Shown one piece after another: positions 10,501-19,645 of a stretch of 64,000 nucleotides of DNA. The notes under the pieces are model-generated. The model had not been told where the DNA came from and did no database searches. It was given only the letters and a program-made list of their open reading frames with translations. This stretch comes from Verrucomicrobiia bacterium (lineage in GTDB: Bacteria > Verrucomicrobiota > Verrucomicrobiia > Limisphaerales > UBA1319), in NCBI GenBank assembly GCA_963664225.1, contig OY760937.1:4832001-4896000 (forward strand), written 5' to 3'. How positions within the stretch are numbered: the stretch's first letter is position 1; every line of letters starts with the position of its first letter. A program made the translations under genes and the position numbers.

Positions 10501-11618
10501 TCCGGTTGGGGAGAGGCCGTGATATGGATGCCTTCCGGCGTTGCGAGGCTGGCTCGCAAGTGGGTGGCGGCCTCGCCTCCCGTGTTGGAAATCAAGGCCG
10601 TGATTTTTGCAGGGACGCCTGCACGCGGTGCCGCCTCGTCCAAGCCAAAGCTCAGAACCGAGAGTTGGGGCGGTCCTTGGGGCCCGGTGGCAACCGCGAG
10701 TGAGCGCACTGTTGTTAAGGCTCCAGGAGCATCCGAAGGTTGAAGTCCCAGTGCGAGAACCCGGCCTTTCCAGTCCGGTGCGGCCAGCATATCCAGATTG
10801 TAGGTGTGTTCCATTCCATCGGGGATAATGGGAAAATAATGCGCGTGCATGCCGGAGGTTTTGTCTGTCGCAAAAATCACCCGTGCTTGTTTTCCCTGTG
10901 TGGCGCTCATGCGGATGGAAACATAGGTTTTATCGACAGTCTCCACTTGCAAGGGCGGGCCCAGAAGAAAATCGTTCGATGACTCCGCCGTCACATTCAA
11001 ACCGCCGGGCGTGTTGGAGACAGCAACGGATCCGATGGCCATCCAATTCGCCATCCCCCCGGTGAAATCAAACACGGGTGTTTCTGCAGGAGTGGTGGCT
11101 GGCAGTTCTGCAATCCGAATGTATTGAATCGAGAATTGCGAGCTGCCGAACAAATCGAAACGCAACCGGATGATTTTTCCTTCTGTCTGCCAGAATGGGA
11201 AAAGCCGGTAGAGATGCCATTGGCCATCGCCAACGACCTGGAAATCCGTGCGCTTTTCACCTGTAAAACCGCCGTATTTTCCCTGGTTTGTATTGCTCCA
11301 GTAAAACTCGGCCATGCCGCTGTGATCTGCCTTCAGCCGCACTTCGATGATCTGCCGGGGCGATGCGGCGAATTCAAAGGGCGTTTGAAGTTCCAGGATC
11401 GGATCGTCTCCCGTGGTCCGGCAGGATAAGGCCCCATCCCGAACCGTGGCGTTTGTGGTATCTCCGTTGACGGCCCACCCCTTAAGGTTGTTTTCCTGGT
11501 CAAATGACCATTCGGCCAATGTCCGATTCACGGAATCACCGAATAGGCTGGTTCCGAATGCGAGACAAAGCGCGAGCAGCGACAGGATAAAAAAAGGATC
11601 ACGGAGACGGTATTTCAT
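7542..11618 (-). CDS. Exported multidomain carbohydrate-active protein: repeated beta-sandwich modules, GH99-like (WbsX-type) domain and C-terminal SGNH hydrolase
   Basis: Signal peptide; GH99-like motifs GAYYFPGW, YFAYDWYW, FCLLWANH and AWNEWGEGSYIEP; SGNH motifs WGDSVTDG, EFVND and NHPD. Confidence 0.8.
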   Translation of the reverse strand: MKYRLRDPFFILSLLALCLAFGTSLFGDSVNRTLAEWSFDQENNLKGWAVNGDTTNATVRDGALSCRTTGDDPILELQTPFEFAASPRQIIEVRLKADHSGMAEFYWSNTNQGKYGGFTGEKRTDFQVVGDGQWHLYRLFPFWQTEGKIIRLRFDLFGSSQFSIQYIRIAELPATTPAETPVFDFTGGMANWMAIGSVAVSNTPGGLNVTAESSNDFLLGPPLQVETVDKTYVSIRMSATQGKQARVIFATDKTSGMHAHYFPIIPDGMEHTYNLDMLAAPDWKGRVLALGLQPSDAPGALTTVRSLAVATGPQGPPQLSVLSFGLDEAAPRAGVPAKITALISNTGGEAATHLRASLATPEGIHITASPQPDAMPTRLGYSEEVSLSWTVECSQPSSGLASLILSADNVESVTNQAVISFAALPHLPKADYVPVPKPVRGKYDVGAYYFPGWQSRSQWQPIERFPERKPMLGWYREGNPEVADWQIKWAVEHGITYFAYDWYWTQGSRQLEHGLHKGLFNARYKNLLNFCLLWANHNAPKTHSVEDSLAVSQFWITHYFQRPEYYRIDGKPVVIIFSPYNYKNDMGVAGVNKAFEVMREECRKAGLPGLYLVACVGNARQVEGENYDAVTAYNWPGLGVSGSDNKAPYSSLVPAYHDHWSQLLKEDSLPILLPLSGGWDSRPWHGDSSLVRYGRSPELFKQHLQDARNFLETNSTNSRVLPSILIEAWNEWGEGSYIEPHKEFGFGYLDAIRDVFTDAPAEHADLAPVDVGMGPYDLASDTSFKTKWTFEKDSTDWKNTMHLDQVRVDSGSLKAVTVGNDPAFFGPPTQARAGEFSHVCVRMRLSSVSGAITNDTAQLFWRTKRWPESEASSLRFPIFVDGQWHDYELPVKNNQRWTGIVTRLRLDPGNQSGVHVEIEQILLKPIASPALHESNAGVDLQLTGDWQLQVSVPASLKGSNMVATVAITTPAYRVVENERYDRLPQFNTNAGGWSKGAVLRGVFAQECSTPGLLDPASLTLCAGTEPDSTLFESGKDYDADLAWGTIGRLPQGRIGEIQPVFASYRHGLLRIDSVVLASEGRIVIRQGEPRASAPLPPKIETGDTLLANLYLPGMISRLTTDHLFPILETAYPEPPKPSPSIAETLLPKTTAKLREGGPVRILAWGDSVTDGSYLAQVVRGRWQEQFVARLQSRFPNAKIELITEAWGGRNTSSYLQEPPGSVHNYKEKVLAQKPDLIVSEFVNDAGMNPEQVEQRYAQLLADFQSINAEWIVLTPHYVRPDWMGLTRERDCDEDPRPYVKGLREFAAKHHVALADASLRYGRLWRQGIPYNTIMVNSINHPDQRGMKLFADALMELFP

Positions 11619-11909
11619 AGTGGTTCAAAATGGGAAAAGCCTTCAAATATTCATGAAAGGAAATGCGAATGACATCTCCTGCGTTGTTCAGATTTCATGG
11701 ATCGAATTTCTGCAAAAAATGTTATGAACGCAAATCAAATAGCGCCTATCCAGGCGGAATAAAAGAAGCCGTTAAGGGTGTTTGCCGAAATGAAACGGGC
11801 CTCACTCCAGCAGCAAAAAGTGTCCCCAAGTGAGCTGGGTTTTGGGATTGACGGGGGCGGCCAATAAATTACACCTTGTCCGCATTAAATCCAAAGCAAC
11901 GATGTTTTT

Positions 11910-13235
11910 ATGAATACCCGCTTATTTCCAGCGTTTTGTGTCAGCGCCGCTTCTTTAATCGCCCTGTGGACAACGGTGTTTGCGGCGGACGATGCCTTGG
12001 AAGTCAAACCCGGGGACGCTTTCTTTGCAAAATATGAGCCGGTCAAAGCGCCGGAACCTTCCGGCCTGATGCTCAAGCGTGGAGATCGCCTTGCCATTTG
12101 CGGAGATTCGATCACCGAGCAAAAGATGTATTCGCGGATCATGGAGACCTATTTAACGGTTGCCACGCCCGAACTGGGGATCACGGTCCGTCAATATGGC
12201 TGGAGCGGGGAGACGACGCCGGGCTTTTTGGGGCGCATGAGCAATGACTGCCTGCAATTCCATCCCAATGTGGCCACCACCTGCTACGGAATGAATGATC
12301 ACGGGTATCGGGCCTACGAGGAGGAAATTGGAAAGCGCTATCGCGATTCCACAGAATCGATGGTCCATGCCTTTAAGGATGCGGGCGTCCGCGTCATCAT
12401 CGGCTCGCCGGGGTGCATTGGGAAAAAACCCACATGGACCCAGGCCACCGACGCCACGATTTCGGATATGAATCAAAGTTTGTGCATGCTGCGCAACATC
12501 GATATTGAGATCGCCCGAAATGAGAAAGTGGGATTCGCCGATGTGTTCTGGCCCATGCTGACCAGTGGATTTACGGCGCAACAAAAATTCGGACCCGACT
12601 ACGGCATTGCCGGCAAGGATGGCGTGCATCCAGGTTGGGCTGGTCATCTGGTGATGGCGTATGCGTATTTGCATGCCATGGCGCTACCGGGCGAAATTGG
12701 CACCTATGTCGTGGACCTCAAGGCCAACGAGGCGGGAGTGTCTCTGGGGCACACCATGGATTCTTTCAAGGACGGCGTTCTGACGATTACCAGCCGAAAG
12801 TATCCCTTCTGCGCTCCGGCAGCGGAGCTTTCCAGGGACGACGCGTTGCGCTCGGGCATGGCCCTGGTGCCCTTTAATGAGGAGCTTAATCGCCTGATGT
12901 TGATTGTGAAAAACGGGACTGCGGACAAGTACCGGGTTACGTGGGGCGCCGAGAGCCGCGATTACTCAGCGGACCAATTGACCAAAGGCATCAACCTTGC
13001 CGAGGATTTTGCGAACAACCCTTTCAGTGAGGCGTTCAAGAAAGTGGATGAGACCGTGGCGGCCAAGCAGAATTATGAGACACGCCAGATCAAGGATTTA
13101 TTCCACGGTCCTGAGGGCCAGGCGGATTTGGCGGCGACCGTGGCATTAACGGAGGAAACACGCGCCCCGTTGGCGGAAGCCGTCCGCAAGGCGTTCGTTC
13201 CCGTGACCCATACGATCAAAATCGAAGCTCAATAA
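11910..13235 (+). CDS. Exported SGNH/GDSL hydrolase family protein
   Basis: Signal peptide; motifs CGDSIT, GWSGET, YGMND and DGVHP. Confidence 0.88.
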   Translation: MNTRLFPAFCVSAASLIALWTTVFAADDALEVKPGDAFFAKYEPVKAPEPSGLMLKRGDRLAICGDSITEQKMYSRIMETYLTVATPELGITVRQYGWSGETTPGFLGRMSNDCLQFHPNVATTCYGMNDHGYRAYEEEIGKRYRDSTESMVHAFKDAGVRVIIGSPGCIGKKPTWTQATDATISDMNQSLCMLRNIDIEIARNEKVGFADVFWPMLTSGFTAQQKFGPDYGIAGKDGVHPGWAGHLVMAYAYLHAMALPGEIGTYVVDLKANEAGVSLGHTMDSFKDGVLTITSRKYPFCAPAAELSRDDALRSGMALVPFNEELNRLMLIVKNGTADKYRVTWGAESRDYSADQLTKGINLAEDFANNPFSEAFKKVDETVAAKQNYETRQIKDLFHGPEGQADLAATVALTEETRAPLAEAVRKAFVPVTHTIKIEAQ

Positions 13236-13548
13236 TAGTTTTTCGACTCAAGAAAGTTGGAGTAATCTGCAGGGGATACCGCTCGCAGGATATTCCGGCC
13301 GTTTCTTGAGACTTGGAGTCCCCGAAAAACGGACTTTTATTCCCGTGCATTAAAGCCCCGAGGCTTTTTGTGTCTGGAATTTTCCATTTGCGGTTTTCTC
13401 ATTTCGGCCTGAATAATGAGGCACAATGGAATCTGGCCGTTGAGCCAGCCTTTGGTTGACCCGCTGGCATGCGATGGAATGACTCCTGGAATATGCAGGG
13501 GGCGAATGAACCGCATCGCCACATTGCGGGAATGATTGAATTTGCCTG

Positions 13549-14172
13549 ATGACAAGTACGATACAAATCGATGGAGCCGCTTCGCACATTAGGGAGCAGA
13601 CCCCGGTGCGTCATGATTTGGAGGCGATCCTGACGTTGATTCCGTCGGGTTCGCGCGCTTTGGATCTGGGTTGCGGCGAGGGATTTTTACTTGAGCAATT
13701 GGTGCGCCAAAAGCAGGTGCAAGCCCGCGGCGTGGAACTGAGTGAAGACAACGTGCGCGCCTGCATCGGCAGGGGCCTTTCCGTGCGCCAGGGCAACATT
13801 GATGAAGGCCTTGCCGACTACTCCAATGCCGCGTTTGATTTTGTGATCCTGAGCCAGACGCTGGCGTTTTTGGATCATCCAAGGACGGTCGTTCAAGAAA
13901 TGTTGCGCGTGGGCCAGCGGGTGATTATTTCTTTTGAGAACGCCGGGTATTGGCGGTTGCGCTGGCGGTCCCTGACAGGCCGCGGTTCGGGATCTATTCT
14001 GAACAGCGGGGAATCCCGCGCCCGCGCGATCACGATTCCTCAATTTCTCGATTTTGCCAACTCCATCGGCACGCAGGTCGATGCCTCCATTTTCTTAAGG
14101 CATAAACGCATGATTGGCATGCTCCCGACCTTTCGCGCGGAAGTGGCCGTGTTCGTGCTCAAAGGCCGTTAA
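13549..14172 (+). CDS. metW: MetW-like SAM-dependent methyltransferase-fold protein
   Basis: Motifs ALDLGCGEG, QGNIDEGL, FDFVILSQTL and EMLRVG; divergent C-terminal half. Confidence 0.75.
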   Translation: MTSTIQIDGAASHIREQTPVRHDLEAILTLIPSGSRALDLGCGEGFLLEQLVRQKQVQARGVELSEDNVRACIGRGLSVRQGNIDEGLADYSNAAFDFVILSQTLAFLDHPRTVVQEMLRVGQRVIISFENAGYWRLRWRSLTGRGSGSILNSGESRARAITIPQFLDFANSIGTQVDASIFLRHKRMIGMLPTFRAEVAVFVLKGR

Positions 14173-14250
14173 CGGCCCGTTTCAGGCGTATCAGGGTGAA
14201 CGCAGGGCGTGTGCATTTGAAAGAAACTCAAATCTTTTGAAAAGCGAGCC

Positions 14251-14871
14251 ATGAACAAGACGATCCTGGGATCAACGGTTGCGTCGGCCTTCACCGGCTG
14301 GGGCATTTTTTGGAAGTCATGGTTATTGTTCGCCGGATCCTTTGTGGGGGCGGTTTATATCCACGAGATTGGCCACTGTATTTTTGCGTGGTTGCAGGGA
14401 TGTCCGGCAATTCCCACTCCGGCCAAGGAGTATTTTCTTAGACCCCCGCCACCCGGCTCTCAGAACCTGATTTCGCTGGGCGGTATCATCGGTTCGGTGG
14501 TCGTTCTGATTGGGGCAATGTGCTGGCTGTTATTCAAGCCCGACGCAACCCGGTCCGCGTTGCTCGCGGGCGCAATGACAATACCTGGTTTTTACACTTT
14601 GCGGTTTCTGCTGGCGGGACGGGGGCATGATGCCACCGAATTTCAGGAAGCACAGTCGGCGGTCGGCCTCAGCTATTCTGGCCACACCTTGGATTGGTTT
14701 TTTCTGGTGTTTTTTGTCGCGGCTGGGGTGTTTTGGTTCTGGCGAATCCACCCACGCATTTCAATTCGACTTTTCGGGCGTCTAATCCTTGGTGCTGTTG
14801 TGGCACTGGTCCTGGTGGTTGTGTTGCAGTCCGCAAATAATGCCATATTCGATCCGATCTTTGGACGTTGA
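14251..14871 (+). CDS. Hypothetical membrane protein with HExxH motif (M50 peptidase-like)
   Basis: IHEIGH inside a hydrophobic helix; about 5 TM segments; later GHD motif. Confidence 0.55.
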   Translation: MNKTILGSTVASAFTGWGIFWKSWLLFAGSFVGAVYIHEIGHCIFAWLQGCPAIPTPAKEYFLRPPPPGSQNLISLGGIIGSVVVLIGAMCWLLFKPDATRSALLAGAMTIPGFYTLRFLLAGRGHDATEFQEAQSAVGLSYSGHTLDWFFLVFFVAAGVFWFWRIHPRISIRLFGRLILGAVVALVLVVVLQSANNAIFDPIFGR

Positions 14872-14910
14872 ACAAAAAGCGGGCGGACTTTCAAGACACC
14901 GGAAGAAACA

Positions 14911-14946
14911 AAAAAAGAACCACGCAGCCAGTGCGTGGTTCTTTTT
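14911..14946. terminator. Bidirectional intrinsic terminator
   Basis: aaaaagaaccacgca-gccag-tgcgtggttcttttt between convergent genes. Confidence 0.8.
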
Positions 14947-14972
14947 GAATCAATAAAGGCAATGTGCCGTTA

Positions 14973-16397
14973 TCAGGCAGGGATTTCCCAACCTTTGCGA
15001 TAGTTTTCCTTGATGAAGCGCTCTGCTTCCGGCGCGTTGGTCGCCTTCATATTCGCTGCGTCCCAATAAATCTTCTTTTGCACGCGCATGGCCAGCAGAC
15101 CCAGCAGGCCCACTTCGGTCAATCCGGCGCCGTATTCGAAATTGCTGCTGGGTTTTGCGCCGCCTTTGCAGGCATCGAGCCAGTCGCGATGATGGCCTTT
15201 GGAGCGGGGCAGTGTCTTGGGCGGCCGGACATAGACGTCGTTCTTGGAGCCGGGCAGCATGCGCGGATCGCCGCCCCATCCGGGGCAGGTGATCATCCCC
15301 TTGGAGCCGACGAACAGGGTGCCATTGCCTCCGGCGCCGAGTTGATCGTCGTCTTCCAAACCTTCCGGCCGGGGTGGCATCAGCCCGCCCTCGTACCAGG
15401 TGAATTTCACCGGCGGCTTATTGCCGCGCGCCGGGAATTGGTAGGTATAGAGGCCGCCTGGAGGCGCCATGTAATCGTCCACACCGCCTACTCCGTGAGC
15501 CTCGATGCTGGTGGGGGCCTTCAGGTCCAGTGCCCAGCAGGCCGGATCGAAGTTGTGGCAGAAAAAGTCGCCAATGGGCGCGGTGCCGAAATCCCAGTAG
15601 TCCCGCCAACTCACCGGGGAGTAAGCCGAGCTGTAGGGTCGCATCTCGCGCGGTCCGATCCACAGATCCCAATTCACGCCGGCGGGGGTTGCTTCCGGGG
15701 CCGGGCGGCCGGACCAATATTTTTTATTCCAGCGTGAAGCGGCGGTCCAGGCATGAACCTCGCGAATTTCACCGATGGCGTCCGCCCAGATCCATTCGCA
15801 GGTCTGGCGGATGCTGTCTCCCGAGTGGCCCTGGTTGCCCATCTGCGTGGCCACACCGGTTTCCTGGGCCACTTTTGCAATGAGCCGGGCCTCCCAGATG
15901 TTGTGGGTCAGCGGCTTTTCGCAATAGGCATGCTTGCCCTGACGCATGGCGTTAATACAAACGTAGGCGTGCAGGTGATCGGGCGTGGCGCACAGAATGG
16001 CGTCGATCGATTTTTCCTTCTCGAGCATGACCCGGAAATCCTCGTATTCGGCAACGCTGTAATTGGGGGTTTTCTCTGAGAAATGCTTTTCGATCTCGTC
16101 TTTCACCGGCTTACGGCCGCCCATGCCCTTAAAATAATACTCCTCGAGGCTGAACGATTCGATGGGATCGGCCACCGCAACGATTTGCGCGTCCGCATGT
16201 GGGAATAGGGCGCGGACATTGGTGCGGCCCTGGCCTCCGCAGCCAATGAGGGCGATGTTTACTTTATCGCTGGGAGCCACAAATTTCGGGCCGCCCAGAA
16301 CATGCCGTGGGATGATCGTCAGCCCGGCAATGGCTGCGGACGTTGTGCCTAAAAACTTGCGGCGGGTGAGACCGCTTTTCTTCAGTGTTTCTTTCAT
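14973..16397 (-). CDS. Gfo/Idh/MocA oxidoreductase with Tat signal
   Basis: Tat motif TRRKFL; motifs IGCGGQG, ATPDHLH, YCEKPL and TQMGNQG. Confidence 0.9.
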   Translation of the reverse strand: MKETLKKSGLTRRKFLGTTSAAIAGLTIIPRHVLGGPKFVAPSDKVNIALIGCGGQGRTNVRALFPHADAQIVAVADPIESFSLEEYYFKGMGGRKPVKDEIEKHFSEKTPNYSVAEYEDFRVMLEKEKSIDAILCATPDHLHAYVCINAMRQGKHAYCEKPLTHNIWEARLIAKVAQETGVATQMGNQGHSGDSIRQTCEWIWADAIGEIREVHAWTAASRWNKKYWSGRPAPEATPAGVNWDLWIGPREMRPYSSAYSPVSWRDYWDFGTAPIGDFFCHNFDPACWALDLKAPTSIEAHGVGGVDDYMAPPGGLYTYQFPARGNKPPVKFTWYEGGLMPPRPEGLEDDDQLGAGGNGTLFVGSKGMITCPGWGGDPRMLPGSKNDVYVRPPKTLPRSKGHHRDWLDACKGGAKPSSNFEYGAGLTEVGLLGLLAMRVQKKIYWDAANMKATNAPEAERFIKENYRKGWEIPA

Positions 16398-16622
16398 AAT
16401 GATATCAGGATTAACAATGCGGAATGTGCGACGAAATGGAGTTTTGAAGCGCGATTTTGGTTCCGGCCATGGCGGCGATGCCCGGCGCAAAAGCGCATAA
16501 AGCGCCCGTCGCTCTGTTCAAATCGCGGATTGGGTTCAAAGCGACGTAAAATCTGTGGCAAAAACCGTGGGGACACAAGCCGAAAGTGGCCCCGCTGGAC
16601 AAGCGAAAGGGCTGGTTAAAAG

Positions 16623-17027
16623 CTATTCCCGCGCGGTTTGAGGCGGCTCCGAAGGGATGCCCGTGTCTTCCGGCGTGAGTTTGCCTTTGGCCTTGAGGGC
16701 GGCATGTTCCAAATCGACCTTAAACTCATATCGGAACTGCGGGGTGACGAGGATGTTTTTGAAAAATCCGCAGCGTTTCTGGATGATGATGCGGCGGCGG
16801 GAACCCTTCCAGGTATTGGACCATGGCTCGGCCCATTTGGTGCGGCTTTTCGATACGAGTATGATGTCCTGAAGGCGCACCCAGCGTAATGGAATCCCAA
16901 ACAACACGATTTCGAAATGGGTTTTTGTAATCCGGTAGTGCAATTGCGTGGGCAACCATAGAATTAATGCAATCAGGGCTATGGTGGATAGCCCAAGACA
17001 CAATAACTGATATAACCACGGCGCCAT
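16623..17027 (-). CDS. Hypothetical membrane-anchored protein (bacterial PH-like)
   Basis: 134 aa; N-terminal TM helix followed by YRIT...IVLFGIPLRWV. Confidence 0.65.
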   Translation of the reverse strand: MAPWLYQLLCLGLSTIALIALILWLPTQLHYRITKTHFEIVLFGIPLRWVRLQDIILVSKSRTKWAEPWSNTWKGSRRRIIIQKRCGFFKNILVTPQFRYEFKVDLEHAALKAKGKLTPEDTGIPSEPPQTARE

Positions 17028-17093
17028 AGTTTGTTAGAAAAGCTGTGACGCGACCTTACCCAAGCTTTGCGAGATTGCAAAGAAAAAAATAAT

Positions 17094-17717
17094 TTATTTC
17101 AAGGCGGGATCGGGAATGAAAATCTTTTTACCGGGATAAACCGCGCTGGCTTTCAAGCCTGGATTGGCCTTTAACACCATGTCCATGGTGACTTTGATCC
17201 CTTGCTTGCGGTATTCGGCCACAATGGCGGAGAGGGAGTCCCCCTTCTGGACCACGTATTCATAACCCTTCATTTCGGTGGCTGCCGCTGTATCCTCCGG
17301 TTGTTTGGCCCGGGGCTTGACCGAATCGCGCGGTGGCGCGGGAATTGGAGTTTCGGCTATTTTCTGCAATTTCTCGAGCATTTGGCGCCGTTCCGCATCC
17401 CGTTTCTGGTCGAGTTCCTGAACCTTGTTCGCCAGGTGTCTGATATCCTCCTGCGTGGCGTAGTTGGGATTCGATGTCTTGAGCCGGTCAATATCTTCGC
17501 GCACCTGGCGCAGTTCCTGACCCATTTCAGCAAGTCTTTTTAAAACGGTTGTCTGCGAGGCCTGCAAATCCTCCACCGCCGAGTTTAATCGGCGATAGCG
17601 CTCTTCTTCAGCCTGGCGCCGGGCTGCTGCGGCGGCCGCATCAGCATCCTGAGCTTTTGGCACCAGCGTGACGAGCGCCAGGGCCAGCATGGTAATCAGA
17701 AAACCATTCAGTTTCAT
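17094..17717 (-). CDS. LysM peptidoglycan-binding protein with coiled coil
   Basis: Signal peptide; coiled-coil region; C-terminal YVVQKGDSLSAI...ANPGL...GKKIFIP. Confidence 0.88.
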   Translation of the reverse strand: MKLNGFLITMLALALVTLVPKAQDADAAAAAARRQAEEERYRRLNSAVEDLQASQTTVLKRLAEMGQELRQVREDIDRLKTSNPNYATQEDIRHLANKVQELDQKRDAERRQMLEKLQKIAETPIPAPPRDSVKPRAKQPEDTAAATEMKGYEYVVQKGDSLSAIVAEYRKQGIKVTMDMVLKANPGLKASAVYPGKKIFIPDPALK

Positions 17718-17872
17718 GACGGGAACATAGGAACCGCACGGTTCGGGCGCAAGAACGGAATGCATCGGCATTTTATGCGCGATCCCGGGCCGCGCATCGT
17801 GGAATTATTCGGCCCCTGCATCGATTGAGGCATGGGCTTGCAGGTCTGGGGGAGGTGTGTCATTCTGCCGGC

Positions 17873-18424
17873 ATGATCAACTTGATTGTGGGCACGAACC
17901 GGCCGGGAAGCAATACGCGCAAGGTTTCTGCGCAAGTTGAGGAAATTTACCGAAATCTGGGTGTGCCATTGCAGACCCTGGATCTGGCCGATATGCCGCA
18001 GGAGATTTATTTGCCGTCCGCCTACTCTGTCAAACCGGCGGCATTCAAAAAGTTTTCGGATGCGGTGGTCAATGCCCACGGGCTGATTGTGGTCACGCCC
18101 GAATACAACGGCAGCATGCCGGGAGTGCTCAAGTATTTCATAGATATGCTCAAATTCCCGGAGAGCTTTTGCAAGCGGCCGGTCTGTTTCGTCGGATTGT
18201 CAGCGGGGATCTGGGGGGCGTTGCGCCCGATCGAGGAATTGGAGCTGGTCTTCGGTTATCGCAAGGCCTTTGTCTATCCTGAGCGCGTTTTCATCCCCGG
18301 AATCCAGTCAGTTCTCAATCCACAGGGGCGGATCGAAGATGCGGAGATTCTCGGACGTCTAAAATCCCAAGCGACGGGTTTTATTGATTTTGTCGAGCGA
18401 TTGGACGGCGTTCACTTGAAATGA
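17873..18424 (+). CDS. NADPH-dependent FMN reductase family protein
   Basis: Motifs GTNRPGSNT and VTPEYNGSMPGVLKYFID. Confidence 0.9.
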   Translation: MINLIVGTNRPGSNTRKVSAQVEEIYRNLGVPLQTLDLADMPQEIYLPSAYSVKPAAFKKFSDAVVNAHGLIVVTPEYNGSMPGVLKYFIDMLKFPESFCKRPVCFVGLSAGIWGALRPIEELELVFGYRKAFVYPERVFIPGIQSVLNPQGRIEDAEILGRLKSQATGFIDFVERLDGVHLK

Positions 18425-18529
18425 ATGTATTGGAATCACGGCCGCGCAACGGACGGATTGGAACTTGTCATGACCAAAATCGATGCAATGGAATTAGAGT
18501 ATTAACTTTGAAATGAAGGATCGAAAATT

Positions 18530-19567
18530 ATGATTAACGTGGGTGTAGTTGGAATGGGGTTCATGGGGGTGACTCATATTAAGGCTTACGCCAAGATCGA
18601 AGGGGTGCGATTGGCGGCCATTTGTGATGCCGTGCGCCTGCCGCTGGACGGGGATTTGTCGAAGGTCGCCGGGAACCTCAACGACACAAACCCGGTGAAA
18701 CTGGACATGACCAAGGTCAAGGCTTTCAAACGGCTGGAGGATTTGCTGGCGGATCCGGAGATCGACCTGATCGATTTATGCGTGCCCACACAGGCGCATG
18801 TGCCACTGGCCATCGCCGCGTTGAAGGCGGGCAAACATGTCGTTTGCGAAAAGCCACTGGCACGGACCTCGGCGCAGGCCCGGCAGATAGCCCAGGAAGC
18901 GGCTCGGTCCAAGGGATTGTTCATGCCTGCAATGTGCATTCGCTTCTGGCCTGAATGGGCGTGGGTGAAGCAGGCCATTGAAGATGGAACTTATGGTAAA
19001 GTGCTCGCGGCGCGGTTTCGGCGCGTGTCCGAAGCGCCGGCTTGGGGACGCGAAACTTACTTCAAGGGGGAAATTTCCGGCGGCGCCTTGCTGGACCTTC
19101 ACATTCATGACACGGACTTCGCGCAATATTGCTTTGGCCGGCCATTGAGCGTTTCATCGCATGGATTTCCAATCTACAGCGGGACCATCGATTACGTGGT
19201 GACCCAGTATGAAGTGGCCAGCGGTGCGGTGGTGTTTGCCGAAGGCGGCTGGATCATGAGCGACGGCTTCGGATTCAACATGAGTTACACCGTGCATTTT
19301 GAAAATGCCACCGCTGATTTTGACTCGGGGCGCGGCGCTGACGCACTGCGTCTCTATGAGCGGGGACAGGCTCCGCGCACAATCAAATGCGAAGGCGTGG
19401 ATGGCTACGTGGGTGAACTGAGCTATCTGGTCGATGCGATTCGCGCCGGACGGCCTTTAAAAAAATGCACCGCGCTGGATGGCCTGAGCTCCGTGGAAAT
19501 CTGCGAAGCCGAGGAGCGGTCGATCAAGGAAAAACGGCCGGTCCAACTTCCTCCGTTGACCCTTTAA
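18530..19567 (+). CDS. Gfo/Idh/MocA oxidoreductase (cytoplasmic)
   Basis: Motifs VGMGFMG, GKHVVCEKPL and GGALLDLHIHD. Confidence 0.9.
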   Translation: MINVGVVGMGFMGVTHIKAYAKIEGVRLAAICDAVRLPLDGDLSKVAGNLNDTNPVKLDMTKVKAFKRLEDLLADPEIDLIDLCVPTQAHVPLAIAALKAGKHVVCEKPLARTSAQARQIAQEAARSKGLFMPAMCIRFWPEWAWVKQAIEDGTYGKVLAARFRRVSEAPAWGRETYFKGEISGGALLDLHIHDTDFAQYCFGRPLSVSSHGFPIYSGTIDYVVTQYEVASGAVVFAEGGWIMSDGFGFNMSYTVHFENATADFDSGRGADALRLYERGQAPRTIKCEGVDGYVGELSYLVDAIRAGRPLKKCTALDGLSSVEICEAEERSIKEKRPVQLPPLTL

Positions 19568-19645
19568 CAGACGTATTTTGCAAAGTGAGCGGTGGATGAA
19601 CGGAAATTTCCGTCCACCGCTCCAGCTTTCCGGCATCAGCGCAGT

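Noticed and set aside
13238..13548. Canonical SAM-I/SAM-IV/SAH riboswitch before metW
   Set aside because: Core consensus elements such as GGCAACC and the ATC...GAT P1 are not present. Kept only as an unclassified structured-RNA candidate.
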